Positions 19,893-30,284 of a stretch of DNA of 64,000 nucleotides are shown in pieces. This DNA is from a virus. The translations under genes were made by a program, and so were the position numbers. The stretch lies in IMG/VR virus record IMGVR_UViG_3300005918_000012; one strand, 5' to 3'. Positions within the stretch are counted from its first letter, which is position 1; each line of letters begins with the position of its first letter. The notes below the pieces were generated by a model. That model was not told the origin of the DNA, made no database searches, and was given only the letters and a program-made list of their open reading frames with translations.

Positions 19893-22800
19893 ATGCCGAG
19901 AAATGTGAATCCGAAAAATATTAAACTTGGTTCAGGGCAAACAGTTCCTGACCGAGGTGCTGAAGTTGGTTTAGATGCCGGAGCAGCAACGGGCGGTGGG
20001 GGTGGTGGGGATGCTAGTTTAGTTCTGGCAGCTCTGAAAGCCCACATCATTGACCCGAAAGATGCTCATAATAGTTCAGCTATCAGCATCGAACCATTTT
20101 CTCCGTTTGTCGGTGATGATATAGAGAGCCTCAGCCAAGAAATTGGTGGGGGTATGCCTTACGAACCTCCGAAGTTTGGTCAATACAGCCGGTACGTAGA
20201 TTTCCATTGTATTCCTGATTGGGGTTCTCTGAAATTGAATGACACTCCGATTTTTCTTCGGGATGGGGACTTTGATGATCTCGTTAACCTAAATTCTTCA
20301 AGGGATACATTTCCTTATTTTCTAGCTATTCCTTCTCCCACTATTGATTTCACGTTATTGAATTACAATGTAGGTTTGACAGAGAGTCAAGATTACTCTC
20401 CCGGATTTACTCCTTCGAATCCTTGGGTTACTCCGGAGTTCGATGGGCAGGTTCAGAACTCAAAATACGATATTGCTCTTTATGGAACGATGTTCCCCGA
20501 AGGAGCTGATGTTTTTGCAGACAGGCTTTTCAATTACCCAACTGTTTTAGGAGCAGATAATCCTTTTTCCGGTTATGAATCAGGTGGCTCCGGTCGGTGT
20601 TATTCTGGCGGTTTCACTCGTACTGACGGGGAAGTTCAAAAGACTTTCCGTATTATGGAGAATGGTTTAACTGGTGCAGAGCCTTGGCCGATGTTAGCTA
20701 CGATTTCTGGGTGTGTTTATCCTGCTGATCGTGGTGTTCTTGCCCTTTTACATTTCCCGCATTTAAGTGCTCCTACTTCGACTGATCCTTGGTCGGATCA
20801 AATGAAAAGTGATTTCCTTAGTCAAGATTTACTCGACCGATGCATAGCTGCCCTTCTATTGGGTCAAGGTGTTTTGGGAGATGCTTGTATAGGAGATGGT
20901 TCTGTCGGTGCTTCTGGGACTTGTGACGGTGAATGTGGTGGGATATTTGGTCCGGGTGTAGATGATGAGGCTGAGTATGACCCCTTTGCTTTCCCTGGGA
21001 GAGCTTCGGGTCAATATAATCTGAAAGAACTTCATTCTGGGATCTCTTTGGTTACTCCAGCTCAATTACCTGAACCTTGGAACCATCTGACAGGTCAAAC
21101 TCTTGGTGCTAAACGAGAAGATTATGTGGCTACTGGGAACTATTACCCGGCAGCAGGCCAAGTCCGACTTGGTTCTGATGCTGATACCAACGGTGGTGTC
21201 ATCCTACAATGGGGTGTTCCTGTTCTGGGTGGTACTGATGAAGCCTATGATGGTGTTATTACTGGTTTTTCGGATTACCCAGCTATTGGGGAACTTGGGA
21301 ACTCGGCCATACATGACTCTAATTTCTTTAAGTATCGTTTGCCGACACTGGACGATTACTCGGATGTTTCCGGGATAAAATACACACCACAAAGCCCGCT
21401 TTCTCCTTTAGGTGGTGAGGGTGCTCGTTACTTCTATGCTACTGGGGCAGTTATTCCAGATAACACCCCTTATGATTATGGAACGACTACTACAAGTAAT
21501 TTCGATACGGCTGGAAACTATCCTCCGTTCCAACAAGATTGTATTACTTGGCAGGTTGCCCGTTACAGACATACATTTGCTTTGAACGGAACTGAGTCTG
21601 TGAGCAGCCCGTTGGGTTCTTATGCTATGATGCATTTCAAATCCGAACGTGACTTTGAGGCTTTCGTTGAAGAAGGTGTCGTCCCTGAAGAATATTACGG
21701 GATTCATTTCTTGACTGACCACTCTAATGTGGTGAATGATTACTTAACTGAGACAACTGATCCTGTTTATACTGGGGTAGTTCCAGGTTTCGGTTGGGGT
21801 TCCAGATTCTTTAATGGTATCAAGAACGAAGTCTTTGTGGGCGGTGCTATAGATTCTCATGAAGTTAATCGTGCTGGGGATATCGTCACTAATGAGTTTA
21901 CGTGGTCGGCTACAGGCATTGCAGGTAGTCCAGGATATACAATGATATCTGGTATTGGATACTTTACTCCTATCCAAACTGTTTTAGGAGCAACTTGTTT
22001 CTGGGTTGATTCTGTGGATGTAGAAGTAGATAATGCTTGGGTCAATGGCTACAGAACAGATAGTGCAACAGCAACAGGGACTCCTCCTGTCGATCCGCCA
22101 GCATTAGAAAACAGTCCTGATCCAGGTTCAATGAACTTCAAACCTTTCACTTCGAGCGTGGCTGCCGTACCTCTGCCTGTTTCTTACCCAGGTGATTTTT
22201 ATCGTCATGATTATCAAGTAGAGTTTCCATTTACCTATCTTGGTTCAAACGGTGGTGGTGTTTTCAGTTTAACAAACGGTCCTGCTACTGTGGATGCTTT
22301 AGTGATCTCGAACAGTGACCCGATTGCTTTAATAGGTGATGACAATCCTTCATTCTCAGTGAATGCAAAACCTTGGTTCTATATCCGTCGTCCTCTGACA
22401 CACGGAGTTGATTGGGAAAACGTCATTCAACCGGCATGGACAGAAGCTACCGGACACGGCTTTGATCTTCTTGATGCTGGTGGAGATACCATTCTATTTC
22501 ATTCTACAGGTTTCTACTGTGATGATATTGCTGACGAAACTACAGGCCATGGAGAATACGGTAACTTTGTTTCGACTAATATAACTACCACTTTCACCAT
22601 TGACCATTACCCTGCATTTGATTCTCTAATGACAGCGGAGAAGGATGTTGAAGAACGCTTCTTGGATGAGATATATCGTCACCAAGCGGATGTTGATCTC
22701 AGCTCCATCACAGCTCCATACAAACCTATCTTCTTAGCATTACGTGGACCAGGGATGGGTACTTGGAATTCTGGTTTGGTACCAGTTCCAGTTCAAGCAG

Positions 22801-23729
22801 GAAAATATAGTGTAGCTGCTGATTTCCCAGCTCCTTGGGACACATTAGGTTTGGTTTTAGGGTCTCAGGTCGTTGAAGCAATCAACAATCTTTCATGGAC
22901 ACAGTTAGAGAAGAATCAAGATACCCTAAAAGACTCAGAACTAGATAATGAGCTTCAAGTTTGTGGGTTACCTCCGAGGAATCCCCCAGTGTTGGATTGG
23001 GCAGAAGTTCCTTACCCCTCGGCTGGTTTATTGAGATACCCAGCTATAGATTATACGGCATTACCTATCCGTCCAGATAATACAGATGTTACAGCAGTAA
23101 CTCTTTTGGATTACTCTGGTTCGTATGGTGCATATGACAAGAATTACGTTCGATTCTTTGATGCTGCCTTTAGCCGATGGAGTTCTTCAAGTTCTACACC
23201 TCCAGTTGATGCTGCCGGACAACCTTTCGTGACGTTTAGGATTGATGGTATTACATTAGAAGACCTCACCTACGTGACTCCGGGGCCTGGTACAATAACT
23301 TCGGGAGGGTTCCCAGCAATAGCTTTCCAAGTGAAAGTCCCTGGACTGACAACTTGGATGGATGCTGGCCGTCCTGACGGCTCTGGTCCAAGTAAACAAG
23401 ACCTAGATTTTGATGGTGCTGGTTGTCAAGTGATTGGGCAACATACTTTTGACAGTATTGACTCTGAGACGGGTATGGTGTACTGTCAGATTATGGTGAA
23501 TGTTGGTCCTTTTGCAAATTTAGGGACAGGCATTTCATCGGGTGTTGCATATGAAGTACCTGTAGGTGTAAAAGTAACAATGGCCGAAATGGTTGCCGAA
23601 CAATATGACTTAACGGCCAATTTCGACGGATCTAAGGTAGGGGCAGGAGTAGCTGCCTCTGAAGTTCGTGGGATCACAGGGATTAAAATTGTGCATCCAA
23701 CTGAAGTAGAAACAGCTCCTACATCTTAA
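19893..23729 (+). CDS. Large virion structural protein (tail/baseplate associated)
   Basis: 1278-aa acidic G/P/T-rich ORF with AAGGAG RBS. N-terminal 'LKAHIIDPKDAHNSSAIS' motif is of a type seen in phage fibre proteins. Confidence 0.55.
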   Translation: MPRNVNPKNIKLGSGQTVPDRGAEVGLDAGAATGGGGGGDASLVLAALKAHIIDPKDAHNSSAISIEPFSPFVGDDIESLSQEIGGGMPYEPPKFGQYSRYVDFHCIPDWGSLKLNDTPIFLRDGDFDDLVNLNSSRDTFPYFLAIPSPTIDFTLLNYNVGLTESQDYSPGFTPSNPWVTPEFDGQVQNSKYDIALYGTMFPEGADVFADRLFNYPTVLGADNPFSGYESGGSGRCYSGGFTRTDGEVQKTFRIMENGLTGAEPWPMLATISGCVYPADRGVLALLHFPHLSAPTSTDPWSDQMKSDFLSQDLLDRCIAALLLGQGVLGDACIGDGSVGASGTCDGECGGIFGPGVDDEAEYDPFAFPGRASGQYNLKELHSGISLVTPAQLPEPWNHLTGQTLGAKREDYVATGNYYPAAGQVRLGSDADTNGGVILQWGVPVLGGTDEAYDGVITGFSDYPAIGELGNSAIHDSNFFKYRLPTLDDYSDVSGIKYTPQSPLSPLGGEGARYFYATGAVIPDNTPYDYGTTTTSNFDTAGNYPPFQQDCITWQVARYRHTFALNGTESVSSPLGSYAMMHFKSERDFEAFVEEGVVPEEYYGIHFLTDHSNVVNDYLTETTDPVYTGVVPGFGWGSRFFNGIKNEVFVGGAIDSHEVNRAGDIVTNEFTWSATGIAGSPGYTMISGIGYFTPIQTVLGATCFWVDSVDVEVDNAWVNGYRTDSATATGTPPVDPPALENSPDPGSMNFKPFTSSVAAVPLPVSYPGDFYRHDYQVEFPFTYLGSNGGGVFSLTNGPATVDALVISNSDPIALIGDDNPSFSVNAKPWFYIRRPLTHGVDWENVIQPAWTEATGHGFDLLDAGGDTILFHSTGFYCDDIADETTGHGEYGNFVSTNITTTFTIDHYPAFDSLMTAEKDVEERFLDEIYRHQADVDLSSITAPYKPIFLALRGPGMGTWNSGLVPVPVQAGKYSVAADFPAPWDTLGLVLGSQVVEAINNLSWTQLEKNQDTLKDSELDNELQVCGLPPRNPPVLDWAEVPYPSAGLLRYPAIDYTALPIRPDNTDVTAVTLLDYSGSYGAYDKNYVRFFDAAFSRWSSSSSTPPVDAAGQPFVTFRIDGITLEDLTYVTPGPGTITSGGFPAIAFQVKVPGLTTWMDAGRPDGSGPSKQDLDFDGAGCQVIGQHTFDSIDSETGMVYCQIMVNVGPFANLGTGISSGVAYEVPVGVKVTMAEMVAEQYDLTANFDGSKVGAGVAASEVRGITGIKIVHPTEVETAPTS

Positions 23730-23736
23730 CTGAGTC

Positions 23737-23757
23737 GGTGAAATGGTTATAGTCACC
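23737..23757 (+). promoter_or_regulatory. Putative late-promoter motif (copy 3)
   Basis: GGTgaaatggTTATAgtcaCC, intergenic. Confidence 0.55.
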
Positions 23758-23795
23758 CCTCGGTAGGATGTATGGTTTGAACATGAGAGGCTGAT

Positions 23796-26700
23796 ATGGC
23801 ATTTGATCCAAATAAAGTGAATTTAGGGGCTGACCTTCTAACGAATCCGACAGCTTCAGATAGAGACCCTTGGCAGGAAGCGTTTAAGCGTTTCTCTGCT
23901 GTTCCTGACTCCAAGACTTTACGGGCATCCGAAGCTCTGTCTGGGATGACAGGCTCGTGGGCTGCTCAATATAAATTTGGTCCTACAGTATCTGATAGCT
24001 CCACACAACCTGAACCGACAACACCTTCTAATTTCAGTATGAAGTTGAATAAACTTGGGCGTCCTGGTATGCCTGAGATCGATTTCGTTCCATATAGTCA
24101 CAACACAAACCGATTCGGTAATAAAGGTGGGGCACTTCTTGGTGAACCTATTTCGTTCTCTGTAGTCGGCCCGACTGCTAAAGTTGGTGGTGAGAAAATG
24201 GTATGGCAGTGGGTAGTTGATATAACTACTGTGCCTGGCAGCACTATCGTTCGTTTGGATGATATTGTTGTGGATACCTCAATAGCTACTTGGTCAACGA
24301 CAGCTCTAACTTTAGATATATCGGACTATTATAATATCCAGGCTGCTGATTTTGGTGAAGATGCACGATTTGATGGTGGTTTGTACTTAATGGTGAGTGA
24401 GACCGGAAAAACCGAGGAAATAAACCCTGCTGCTCCTGTTACGGGTGGTATTGGTGACGGGGCTATCATTGATGATGGTATCACGACCAGAGTACCGATT
24501 ACGGCATTAACTTCAAGCAGTAAAACGGAATTGTTCCGTGTTACAGGTTTGTATGAAAATGCTGGTAATGTTCTTGGGTTTATTCTGGATACCAGCAAGT
24601 ACTTGGAAAGTTACTTCTCTATACAAGGTAACCCAGCAGAACCAGATATTATTCGTCATATTACATTGGTAGAACCGGCTGCTACTCGTTTGGTAGCTAT
24701 TCCTGACTCTGGGGATGGGCGTGGACAAGAACAAGTGTTTGCATTTACACCCCCACGTCAAGCATTAACGTCAGAACACCAACCATTAGCTAATGAATGG
24801 AATCCTTCTGCTTCACCATGGCCTGCTGAATATCCTTGGGGTGTTGAAGCAAGTGATGGGCTTTCGTTATTTTATTATGATTACGGTCCTCAGTTGCCTG
24901 TTTTAAAACCTTATGCTGAATGGTCTGATGTTTATTTGACAAACAGCACAGTATGGGCTGCTGCTAATGGGATCTTAGGTTCTATGGATATTATCTGGTC
25001 AGCCGATGCTACAGATGGTGAGCCTGTTCCTGAAGTAGGGGATGTTCTGAAAATACATTCCATTAAAACGAATGATAGTACTGTATGGGTTAATACCGAT
25101 AGCCGTTCTGTAAAATGGGGTAGTCTTCTTGGATTCTTTGAAGTTATAGTAAATACACAAACAGCCTCAACCAGTTACACCTTAACTTTGAAACGGTATG
25201 CCGAAGTAGAGCCTGAAACTGGAAACTCTATGTGGGGAACCAGCATACAATTTAGTGCTGATGTCACTACTTTTGTTCCTCAGTTAAAATGTTCTATCCA
25301 TAAGCCTGTTAAAGAACTTTGGAACAGTCCTTGGTTTGATGCAGACTCATTAGATTCTACACGTATAACGAACCTTATTGACCCCAGATGGGTCGAACGG
25401 GCAGGATACACACCAACGGTATCAACTGACCCTACAGTCAGAGATATGGGAGTAAGTCCTTACCGTCCTGACAGAGCTATTTTTGATACAGCTTCTTCCG
25501 GGATCGGGGCTGCCGGAACTAATGCCAATCCAGGAAACCTTCAAAACTTAGGTTTCCGAGTGGTATTATTCCCAGGTAAAATAAAAACAATCCCTACTGC
25601 CCTTGGTGGCACAGAAGATATTATTGCTCCTGATTGGGACCGCCCGATCACTTCAAATGAGTTGGTAATTGATCCAACGGTTACTGAAAAACAGTATGTT
25701 GAAGTGGACTATGCAAACGGTTTCGTCCGTTTGTCACATCCCCCACAAGCTGTGGATGTTTCGGATGCCGGTGCTGGTGATTTAGCTCCTGCTGACGATA
25801 TCTTTACGCTCGGTACGGATGATAATCCTCGTGGTGAGCAAGTATTGTTTGCAGCCTGTGTCCCTTACACTCAGGATATCGGACAAATCGGTACTGGCCC
25901 TCGTGTGACCTCGAACCCTTCGTCTGTGTCTGATACAGATGCTTGTGCCGGAAGTGCTAACAGTGCTGGCTCAGGTGAGTTTTATGATGTGTATGGTGAC
26001 AGAGTAGCATTTGATGTTGACACGATTTCAGAACAAGTCTTGAATTGTATAAATGTTGTCGGTACTTCAGATGAACAACTGACTCTGACTGGGTTAGTTG
26101 CTGACCAGCTTCCTCCGACAGGATTCTTTGAAATATTCCAAAGTGGTGACCCTGTTCTCACAACGGGCAGCACCCGTGGTTCTTTGTTCAGTTACTACGG
26201 AATTGAAGAAACTGGTGGTGATACTATTCTCCACGGTGTTCACGGTGGTTTAGAATCCGGTGTTGATATTGTAACTATTAATTCTGCTGCTCCAGCTCAG
26301 ATTATTCTTCGACGGGAATTGTTTACACCGAATGACCGTTACGGGACAGCAACAGTTCGATACCAAGATGATGTATCTTATGGTGATGCTAAACGAGCCG
26401 GAGTCTTCCGGTTCACAGGAGTTGAAACTGTAGTAAATCTTGATGGTTCTATAACTATTCAGATTCAGGATAGTGCTGCAGATGCTTACGACAACTTAGG
26501 TGATTTGTTTTCATCTTGGGTGTTAGATGGTGGTGAGTTAACTGGCCATAGAGTACCTACCAATCACGACTACATTAGCTATACCGAAACAACCGTTATT
26601 TATCAAGGACATAGATTGGTTATTCCTGCAGGGGAGTTTTGGTTTGCAGGGATGTCGGGGGATGGTTATTTGTACATTGATGGGTCTGATTGTTCTGTTA

Positions 26701-29432
26701 ACCAGTCAGACAATATTCCATTACCAGACCCTGAGTTCATTCTTTTAGGGGCTTACACTCAAAATGTTTTTGCAGCACCCTTTACATTTGATTTAAGACA
26801 TCCTTTGTTGGATATTGACCGTCGATTGGATATCTTCGTAGGTCTTCGAAATGATGGGTCTGGCGTTCCTTTGGCAGGACCTCATTTTTCAACTTTGACT
26901 GATGCCGTTACTTATGCTAATGAGATTCAGAACCCATTGGTAGGAGAACCTGATTTCAGAGTCAGAATCCGAGTAGTTGGTTACACCGATGAACCTGAAG
27001 CAGGGTTACCTATTATGATAGGTACGGATGGGTTGATGATTGAATCTGACCCTCTACTTGAAGATGCTATCCAAACTTCTATCACTTGGGATGCTGATGA
27101 TAAATGCCTGATTGATTTGAATGGTCACGATGACTTAACTTTTGATGGGTTATCGTGTCACAATACCAGTACAGACTTATCTCAAACAGAGCCTTTGAGG
27201 GCATTGTTTACCAATACTGGAGGTTCTGTAGAACGGTTGACTGTTAATAATTGCCGATTGGTTGGGTCACAAGGTTTCATGGTGATGACTGCTAATCCAA
27301 TTGAAGATAGCCATATAACAAACAATTATGGTGAAGAATTATTGGATTTTGGTATCTATCTGACTAATGAGTCTGATGATCCTATTACAATGACTATTAC
27401 AGAAGTTACTACTATCAATGTTGATGCTGGTGAAACTATAGATATTCTTTATGGTGGGGAGTCTCTTACAGTAACGGATTTAGGTGGGACTATTACTTAT
27501 AATGTCGGGACTGATACTTGTACAGTGGCAAATGACCCTGGTGCTGGGGATTCTTTTATTATTAAACCTAATCAGACTGCTCGTATAATAGCTAATGGGG
27601 GTGGTTCCATTGTTCGAGGTGCCGATACTATTGCATTTGAGGAAAACACTGTTGGTAGTATTTTTCACTCAGTAGCATCTTCAGTTGTTATTCAAATGGC
27701 TGGTAGGTTACTAGAACGGACAGTTATTCAGGATAACACATTTATTCAAGCGGGTATAATTGGAAACATGGCCGACAATGACCACACATTAGCAGTGGCA
27801 GTAACCGCTACTATAACAACAACAGCCGGATTTGATTTAAGAATTGGTGATGCTTCCAAGAGTATAACTATTCCTGCAGGTACCTCTTCTTGGGTTATTG
27901 ATAATGATGGTACAGATGCTAAAGTTTGGGAGCCACCCGGTCCAAGTCTCCAGGTCGTTTTCCCAGCAGATATGGACACTGCTGCATTTTATCCTGTACC
28001 AGGGTCAACAGGCACAGCTACTATTAGTATCCCAGGACAGGAAGATATTGTTATGACTCCTGATACATGGGGTTATATGTATTATTCAACGGGGGTTGCC
28101 CCAACAAGAGAATTACGTATTGTACACGGCCCCAACGGAGTAGCAACAGCTGGTGGTATTGTAGCATACACAGGTCTTCTTGTAACTCCTTATTGGGATC
28201 TTTTGGTTGGTAGTGTTATGGTAAACATGCATAATAAAATCAACCATAATATAATTAAAGGATTCCATGTTGGTATTTTTGCAAATGTTATCTGGAATTC
28301 TGATGTGGAAAACAATTATATTTCGGATACCAAAAATGTAGGTATTTATTTAGGTGCTTATGCTGGATACCACAACACCAATAATAATGTGTTAGAAAAT
28401 GTATTTACGGTTGACCAATTAGATATCGAAATATTCCAATGGCCTGGTCAATTTTCTGTGACGCCAGTCTTACCTGTTCCAACAGGGTTCGGGGAGGCTG
28501 AAAAACATGGATTAGTTGCTAGTGGTCTTTATAGTGAGATCAACTCAAACGTAATCTCAACAGCAGCAGCTTTATCAACTGGTGAGGGGACTCCACCATC
28601 TTATCCCATTTTAGATATTTGGATGTTCGGGGGTTGGCTTGATGCCAAATTAAATACTCTGAGTTGGTGTCTTGGTGGTGAAGGGTATGCTCTGGGAGTA
28701 GAAGATAATACCATCTTGAGTTATGGTGGTACTGGATATGCTTTTGAGGCAGGTGTGGTAATTTCAGCAGCTTACAGTACAATCAGGGGAAATAGTTGTA
28801 CTTATGATATTATATTAAATGAGTCATTAGGTTCTGTTATTGCTCATAATTTTGCAAGGGATGTTTACACAGCAAATCCTAACTTAGCAGTGGCCGTTGG
28901 CAGTTCTTATACAAACCTTACAGGGAATCGGGTTAAGGATATCTATTTAAACGGGCCATTAGGGGATGAGTCCACCAATTGTACGGTGGATGCAAATACA
29001 ACTTCTGGATCTATTTTTAATGGTGACCCTGGATTAGGTCCTAATGGGACACGTATTGTTAATAATATGGTAGGTACTAATATTACATCTTTTACAAATG
29101 GTACAAATGCTAATATTCTTGGGAATACTGTATTGGGTACCATTGATGTTAATGCAGATGGTTGTATAGTGAGTAATAATTATGCAACTACCATTGATGT
29201 TAATGCTGTTGCAGGTCCTCCTGATGTTAGAAAAGTAATTTTGATGGGGAATAATGCTCAGGTGATTACAGGGGAAACTGCTGCTGCTACACCTAACAAT
29301 GTTGTGGCTATAGGAAACACTGTATCTGTTGCTGATTTAGGTGCTGGTGCTGGCCTGAACTTTTTTGGGCATGATCCAACAGGAGTTCATAATTCAGTTA
29401 ATTTTGAAGAAGCACACAATCGAACTTGGTAA
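23796..29432 (+). CDS. Tail fibre/spike with C-terminal right-handed beta-helix (pectin-lyase-like) repeats
   Basis: 1878 aa. The C-terminal third is rich in 'I.NN.I', 'I.GN' and 'V.NN' repeats. Confidence 0.65.
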   Translation: MAFDPNKVNLGADLLTNPTASDRDPWQEAFKRFSAVPDSKTLRASEALSGMTGSWAAQYKFGPTVSDSSTQPEPTTPSNFSMKLNKLGRPGMPEIDFVPYSHNTNRFGNKGGALLGEPISFSVVGPTAKVGGEKMVWQWVVDITTVPGSTIVRLDDIVVDTSIATWSTTALTLDISDYYNIQAADFGEDARFDGGLYLMVSETGKTEEINPAAPVTGGIGDGAIIDDGITTRVPITALTSSSKTELFRVTGLYENAGNVLGFILDTSKYLESYFSIQGNPAEPDIIRHITLVEPAATRLVAIPDSGDGRGQEQVFAFTPPRQALTSEHQPLANEWNPSASPWPAEYPWGVEASDGLSLFYYDYGPQLPVLKPYAEWSDVYLTNSTVWAAANGILGSMDIIWSADATDGEPVPEVGDVLKIHSIKTNDSTVWVNTDSRSVKWGSLLGFFEVIVNTQTASTSYTLTLKRYAEVEPETGNSMWGTSIQFSADVTTFVPQLKCSIHKPVKELWNSPWFDADSLDSTRITNLIDPRWVERAGYTPTVSTDPTVRDMGVSPYRPDRAIFDTASSGIGAAGTNANPGNLQNLGFRVVLFPGKIKTIPTALGGTEDIIAPDWDRPITSNELVIDPTVTEKQYVEVDYANGFVRLSHPPQAVDVSDAGAGDLAPADDIFTLGTDDNPRGEQVLFAACVPYTQDIGQIGTGPRVTSNPSSVSDTDACAGSANSAGSGEFYDVYGDRVAFDVDTISEQVLNCINVVGTSDEQLTLTGLVADQLPPTGFFEIFQSGDPVLTTGSTRGSLFSYYGIEETGGDTILHGVHGGLESGVDIVTINSAAPAQIILRRELFTPNDRYGTATVRYQDDVSYGDAKRAGVFRFTGVETVVNLDGSITIQIQDSAADAYDNLGDLFSSWVLDGGELTGHRVPTNHDYISYTETTVIYQGHRLVIPAGEFWFAGMSGDGYLYIDGSDCSVNQSDNIPLPDPEFILLGAYTQNVFAAPFTFDLRHPLLDIDRRLDIFVGLRNDGSGVPLAGPHFSTLTDAVTYANEIQNPLVGEPDFRVRIRVVGYTDEPEAGLPIMIGTDGLMIESDPLLEDAIQTSITWDADDKCLIDLNGHDDLTFDGLSCHNTSTDLSQTEPLRALFTNTGGSVERLTVNNCRLVGSQGFMVMTANPIEDSHITNNYGEELLDFGIYLTNESDDPITMTITEVTTINVDAGETIDILYGGESLTVTDLGGTITYNVGTDTCTVANDPGAGDSFIIKPNQTARIIANGGGSIVRGADTIAFEENTVGSIFHSVASSVVIQMAGRLLERTVIQDNTFIQAGIIGNMADNDHTLAVAVTATITTTAGFDLRIGDASKSITIPAGTSSWVIDNDGTDAKVWEPPGPSLQVVFPADMDTAAFYPVPGSTGTATISIPGQEDIVMTPDTWGYMYYSTGVAPTRELRIVHGPNGVATAGGIVAYTGLLVTPYWDLLVGSVMVNMHNKINHNIIKGFHVGIFANVIWNSDVENNYISDTKNVGIYLGAYAGYHNTNNNVLENVFTVDQLDIEIFQWPGQFSVTPVLPVPTGFGEAEKHGLVASGLYSEINSNVISTAAALSTGEGTPPSYPILDIWMFGGWLDAKLNTLSWCLGGEGYALGVEDNTILSYGGTGYAFEAGVVISAAYSTIRGNSCTYDIILNESLGSVIAHNFARDVYTANPNLAVAVGSSYTNLTGNRVKDIYLNGPLGDESTNCTVDANTTSGSIFNGDPGLGPNGTRIVNNMVGTNITSFTNGTNANILGNTVLGTIDVNADGCIVSNNYATTIDVNAVAGPPDVRKVILMGNNAQVITGETAAATPNNVVAIGNTVSVADLGAGAGLNFFGHDPTGVHNSVNFEEAHNRTW

Positions 29433-29442
29433 AGAGGTTTAG

Positions 29443-30270
29443 ATGAGAGTACTTGTAGATCAAAAAGAATTGATGGTAGGTGGCCCAATAGCAGTTCCAT
29501 CTATCACTCAGATTGGTAAAACTCCCACACCCGAAGACGGTTTGGCCATCAATGGCCGTTTTGTTCTTCCTGTTGTGGATGGGGTTGAGTTTCAGGTTGA
29601 GTCTGATTCCTACGTTCTTCCCGTTGACGGAGAAGACATCAGCAGTCAGGCTTTCGGTTACCTGTTAGCTACTTTCCCGATGTACGGGCATATTTTCTTT
29701 AATCCTTTCCTGACTTATGAAGATATTGAAAATGATGGTGGTATTGATTACACAAAAACTTTCAAGGATGACAGTAGCACACCTCCAGACCCTCCGGTAT
29801 ATTATAGCTCTCGGTTGCAGACCGGCAGAGGTATCTCAGAGGGTTCTGATGCGGGACTTTTCCCAACCCATACGGCTTTGTTGCCGATTAATAATACTTT
29901 AGGTGCTGGTTCAGATCGTCCAGGCCTTATGGTAACAAGAGAAATTGATCTGACCCCTTATACAGGGTTAGCTGGGACTGATGAGTTTTGTCTTTATTGG
30001 AAACTATTTGATTTTGAAGTCAGTGAGGATCATGCTGGAGATTACGGTGTTGTGGGTGATAATACTCCTGCAATCCGTCGAATTTTCGAGACAGACCCAG
30101 AACCGGATGACTTAACTGTCTATATTTCTCCTGATAATGGAGTACATTGGTGTGAGGCAGGGTTTTTAGAGCCCGTTGCTTTCACCTTGAAAACTACAAG
30201 CATTCGTCTGGCTTTCCTGAATAGGGGAGACAGCAAAATCCACATTGCCAACTTTGCGGCAATGTTCTAG
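29443..30270 (+). CDS. Hypothetical virion protein
   Basis: 275-aa acidic ORF with GAGG RBS, between tail genes. Confidence 0.6.
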   Translation: MRVLVDQKELMVGGPIAVPSITQIGKTPTPEDGLAINGRFVLPVVDGVEFQVESDSYVLPVDGEDISSQAFGYLLATFPMYGHIFFNPFLTYEDIENDGGIDYTKTFKDDSSTPPDPPVYYSSRLQTGRGISEGSDAGLFPTHTALLPINNTLGAGSDRPGLMVTREIDLTPYTGLAGTDEFCLYWKLFDFEVSEDHAGDYGVVGDNTPAIRRIFETDPEPDDLTVYISPDNGVHWCEAGFLEPVAFTLKTTSIRLAFLNRGDSKIHIANFAAMF

Positions 30271-30284
30271 TGAAGGATTGACAC